Source of the DNA: Candidatus Babeliales bacterium
GTDB taxonomy: Bacteria; Babelota; Babeliae; Babelales; JANWKD01
Assembly: GCA_963762115.1 (NCBI GenBank)
Contig: CAVXJH010000005.1
Span: forward strand, 32,001 to 96,000
Reading direction: 5' to 3'
DNA length: 64,000 nucleotides
Every line of letters begins with the position of its first letter. The first letter of the stretch is position 1. Positions 60,771 through 64,000 of the stretch are shown piece after piece. The translations under genes and the position numbers were made by a program. The notes under the pieces were generated by a model. That model was not told the origin of the DNA, did not search any database, and saw only the letters and a program-made list of their open reading frames with translations.

Positions 60771-62171
60771 TTAACAAACAACCGTTCTTGTATCAACAGC
60801 CTTTTTGCAGGTTTTACCCAAATACAAGGCAATAAAGAACCAAACAATGACAAAAGCAAAACCAAAATACGCGGTCATCAAAATATGATACATCTGCCCT
60901 GCATGAGCACCCATACTGAGCTGCAAAGGTTTAAGCAGCATATTATAAAAACCGCCCCCTTGCCGCGCAGATCGCGAGCCAAATGTCTCAATCCATGCCT
61001 GTGCTTTAAAACGCACATCATGTGTTGTGGGAATATAGAGCTGCTTCACCGCGGGAACATTGAGTGCATAATTAAATGCCTTTGAACCAACCATTAACCA
61101 GAAAAGGAAGGTAAGATGATGAACGGTTACAAAACCAAAAATAGCACAACCAAGAATAATGGGCATAAGTGCTAATGAAACACCAAGCCCAAAAAATCTG
61201 GTAATCCGATTAATACCAAGCACCAAACAAAGCAAGGTTATTAAACTAACCATGCTACTATAGGTGCCGATATATTCAACTAATGCCAATCCGCAAAATT
61301 TTTCAGCCGCCATACATTTGAAATGAAAATCAAAAATCTGCGTTAACATCTCAAAGAAAAACATCATAGTGAAAATACATAATAAATAACGATGTTGCAC
61401 CAAAAGTTTCAGACCTTCAAAAAAACCTGGTTCTTGTTTTTCAGCAACTTGTTCCTCATTAACGCCATGGAAAGATTGCAAGAAATGTTTTGGTGTAGTC
61501 GCTAAGAAATAACGTAATAAAAATAAAGCACTCATTAAAAGAAAAGCACAACTCATGACCGAAAGACCACACGTCTGAAAACCAAAATAACGAGGAATTT
61601 TACTAATTAAAATAGGACTTACAATGCCACCCAATTGTCCAAGGGCCACAACTAATGAAAAACCTTTTTTTGCTGATTCGGGTTGCGTTGTATCAACAGC
61701 AATTGACCAGAATAATGCCACCATTAACGAGCCATAACTTTCCACAACCGCATAATAGGCATACCCAAGAAACTGTGTCCCCCAAGCAGCCCACCCTGTT
61801 CTTGCTGCAATAATAGCAGAATCAGCTTCTCCAATAACACCATTCATGATAAGAAGAGCAAAAAGAAAGGTAACAACGGTATACCCTATAGAAAGCATAT
61901 AAAAAAGCCTCTCTCGTGAAAGATAATCAAGAAGGCGGGAATATATCATAAGCATAGGAACAAGGCATATTAGCGAGGTTGCCTTTGCATAGGGAAGCAT
62001 TGCCGAGCCTACCAAAGTACTAATAAGAGCTTCTTTCACCGTGCCCAAGGTCCAATATGAACCAATAATAGCACTGAAAACAGCACCCATTTTAAGGAAT
62101 TTTTTGAATTCTTCGCGCTCGAATGAGCCAAAAAGAGGAGAAAAAACATTTTGGAAAAAAGTAATTATCAT
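60771..62171 (-). CDS. TLC/NTT-family nucleotide (ATP/ADP) translocase
   Basis: EEFKKFL, ESYGSLMVALFW, KAFNYALN.PAVKQLYIP...RFKAQAWIE.FGSR; ~12 TM; start may be 62210. Confidence 0.88.
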   Translation of the reverse strand: MIITFFQNVFSPLFGSFEREEFKKFLKMGAVFSAIIGSYWTLGTVKEALISTLVGSAMLPYAKATSLICLVPMLMIYSRLLDYLSRERLFYMLSIGYTVVTFLFALLIMNGVIGEADSAIIAARTGWAAWGTQFLGYAYYAVVESYGSLMVALFWSIAVDTTQPESAKKGFSLVVALGQLGGIVSPILISKIPRYFGFQTCGLSVMSCAFLLMSALFLLRYFLATTPKHFLQSFHGVNEEQVAEKQEPGFFEGLKLLVQHRYLLCIFTMMFFFEMLTQIFDFHFKCMAAEKFCGLALVEYIGTYSSMVSLITLLCLVLGINRITRFFGLGVSLALMPIILGCAIFGFVTVHHLTFLFWLMVGSKAFNYALNVPAVKQLYIPTTHDVRFKAQAWIETFGSRSARQGGGFYNMLLKPLQLSMGAHAGQMYHILMTAYFGFAFVIVWFFIALYLGKTCKKAVDTRTVVC

Positions 62172-62388
62172 TGAATCTTTCTTTACAAGAAATTGAGGTG
62201 GAAGAATCATCGCTTACTTATTTTAAAGTATTTTATGTTAAAATACTAAAAAAGCTTTTATATACGCATAATTTATCATAAAAAATTCATATAGTCAAAA
62301 ATTTAATCTCTATAAAAAATAAGGTGGCTGTTGTTAAAATTACTCATAATAACAGCCAACCTTTATCTTTTAATTATTTCTTACTTAT

Positions 62389-63825
62389 TTATACATTTTC
62401 AGGGTCTTGATCAAACTTAACTTGACCGGGTATAAACTGATGCTGTGCAACAATCATTCTAGAATACCCCATCCCTAATTCTAGGCCACCCCAAAATGCT
62501 GTAAATCCTAAACAAGCAAATCGAGGAGTAGCACCACTGCTTAACGTATTCAATGCTTTATAGGCAAGGTCATAAAAAGAAATTTCTGGATCCATGTATT
62601 TATTCCAAAGCACTGCTGCAAAACCACCTATTCCTAATCCGAGACTAAAGGTTCCTATTCCCTCACCTAATCCTTTTAAACCCTGCATTAAAGTATATTT
62701 ATTCATCAAGGCCTTTATCCGATGTCGTTGACCTTCTAATAGTGTTGGCAATGTTGCACGTAATGCAATCTGTTTTGATTCTGTAGAAAGTGGATTATTG
62801 GTTAAATCAACATAGGAGTGCTCACCAGCTTTAAATGAAGGCAAATCTTTTATTTGGTTATTGTTAAGAAATAACCAAAACTCATATTCTAATTCTCTTG
62901 GCAATACAAGACTTTCAATAACATTCTCACTTGCAAAAAATTTTCTCAAAAAAGGAAAATGTTCGCGCAATTGAGCAACGTCGAGATTTTTTAGTTTATT
63001 TTTATTCAAATTAAGACTAACAACACAAACATTTTCATATTCTTTAGCGAGTAATGCAATGCCATCTAACATATCAATTTTTTGATCATGTATCACAAGA
63101 TCGGCATAGTCAATATCATTATCATTGTTATGACGTACATGACAAAGCACTTTTAAAGCGCCGCTGTTATATAAGCTGCGTATTGAATTTAAATAATGAC
63201 TACATTGCACCAATTCAGGTTGCTCATCATGCGATAAGATATTTTGTGCATGCAATGTTAATTTACGCATTATCTTTTGTGGCGCACCTAAATAATGCCC
63301 TACTTCAAAAACACGAATCAACGATTCTTTATCAAGTTTTTTTATTTCTCTCTTATGAGCAATACAGTTAAAAACTGTTTTTAAGGTTTCAGCACTAAGA
63401 TCAAGGTCAGCTTTACCAGCATTTCCACCATCTTCACAAAATTGCCCTAAAGTAAAATCAAATGTTTTACCCTCAGATGTTTTATCCACAGAAGAATATT
63501 CTTTTTCACCCTCAGGAGCACTTTCTTCTTGAGCATAGTGTAAATAACCTTCAATCAGGACTGATTGCCTGGCAATATACTCTGGAACACCAATTACATT
63601 GCCATCAGTGCCACGAATTGCAATTGTTTGCCCTGGCTTTTGAAATTGACCCTGGCTTGGCATCTGAATTTCTTTTATACTTTGATTATCAATATCACTA
63701 ACTGCACGAATTTGCCTCAAATATGGAAATGATTCAAGCAACCTAGTAACTTCTGGCTGTTCCATTGCCATTAAACCTGAAGAAATCAGGGCAAGAGTTA
63801 AGAATAAATATCTTTTTTTGAACAT
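62389..63825 (-). CDS. secreted BTB/Skp1-like + LRR protein with C-terminal TM segments
   Basis: IRGTDG...VPEYIARQSVLI and LIRVFEVGHYLG; LNLNKNKL, LFLNNNQIKDLP, VDLTNNPL. Confidence 0.7.
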   Translation of the reverse strand: MFKKRYLFLTLALISSGLMAMEQPEVTRLLESFPYLRQIRAVSDIDNQSIKEIQMPSQGQFQKPGQTIAIRGTDGNVIGVPEYIARQSVLIEGYLHYAQEESAPEGEKEYSSVDKTSEGKTFDFTLGQFCEDGGNAGKADLDLSAETLKTVFNCIAHKREIKKLDKESLIRVFEVGHYLGAPQKIMRKLTLHAQNILSHDEQPELVQCSHYLNSIRSLYNSGALKVLCHVRHNNDNDIDYADLVIHDQKIDMLDGIALLAKEYENVCVVSLNLNKNKLKNLDVAQLREHFPFLRKFFASENVIESLVLPRELEYEFWLFLNNNQIKDLPSFKAGEHSYVDLTNNPLSTESKQIALRATLPTLLEGQRHRIKALMNKYTLMQGLKGLGEGIGTFSLGLGIGGFAAVLWNKYMDPEISFYDLAYKALNTLSSGATPRFACLGFTAFWGGLELGMGYSRMIVAQHQFIPGQVKFDQDPENV

Positions 63826-64000
63826 AAAGTCCCCTTTGTTTTAAATATTAAAAATAGAATGATAATATATGATTAATTTTATAGTAAATATACTATTTGT
63901 CAATATTAGACAGGGGGAATTTCTAGAAATTTTCCTGTTGCTGATTATCAATCAAAACCTGACCAGGTTTATATTGATGCACGAGATTATTAGGATAACT

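Noticed and set aside
60771..60785. C-terminal Cys (TVVC) of the translocase, and KRKIC of 29927-30451, as prenylation motifs
   Set aside because: Cys is the terminal residue, not at the -4 CaaX position

Overview
AT-rich bacterial chromosome segment, most consistent with an intracellular protist parasite of Candidatus Dependentiae (TM6/Babelota). This is inferred from an ATP/ADP translocase, many signal-peptide orphan proteins and eukaryote-like ankyrin, BTB/Skp1 and LRR domains. Housekeeping genes include arfB, leuS, uvrB, a recO-like gene, a DEAD-box helicase, dipZ and an MscS channel. The two best-supported highlights are: (1) a complete IS110 element (5203-6415) whose non-coding left end encodes a bridge RNA, with all four guide segments matching its own donor junction and flanking target and a junction-assembled sigma70 promoter; (2) a candidate effector repertoire, including a tandem trio with K-Ras-like polybasic CaaX/Cys tails, a MavL/DUF4804-like macrodomain, a BTB/Skp1-LRR protein, degenerate HAD paralogues and nine unrelated proteins predicted to begin Met-Glu/Asp/Gln after signal cleavage. 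Also present are an IS481 element inside a GTCATTGC palindrome, REP/MITE-like repeats, three tandem M3 peptidases, displaced gene 3' ends marking insertions, an unexplained multi-hairpin intergenic region, and four neighbouring frameshifted genes that are probably assembly errors. No rRNA, tRNA or CRISPR array was recognised. All family assignments are from motif recognition, not database searches.
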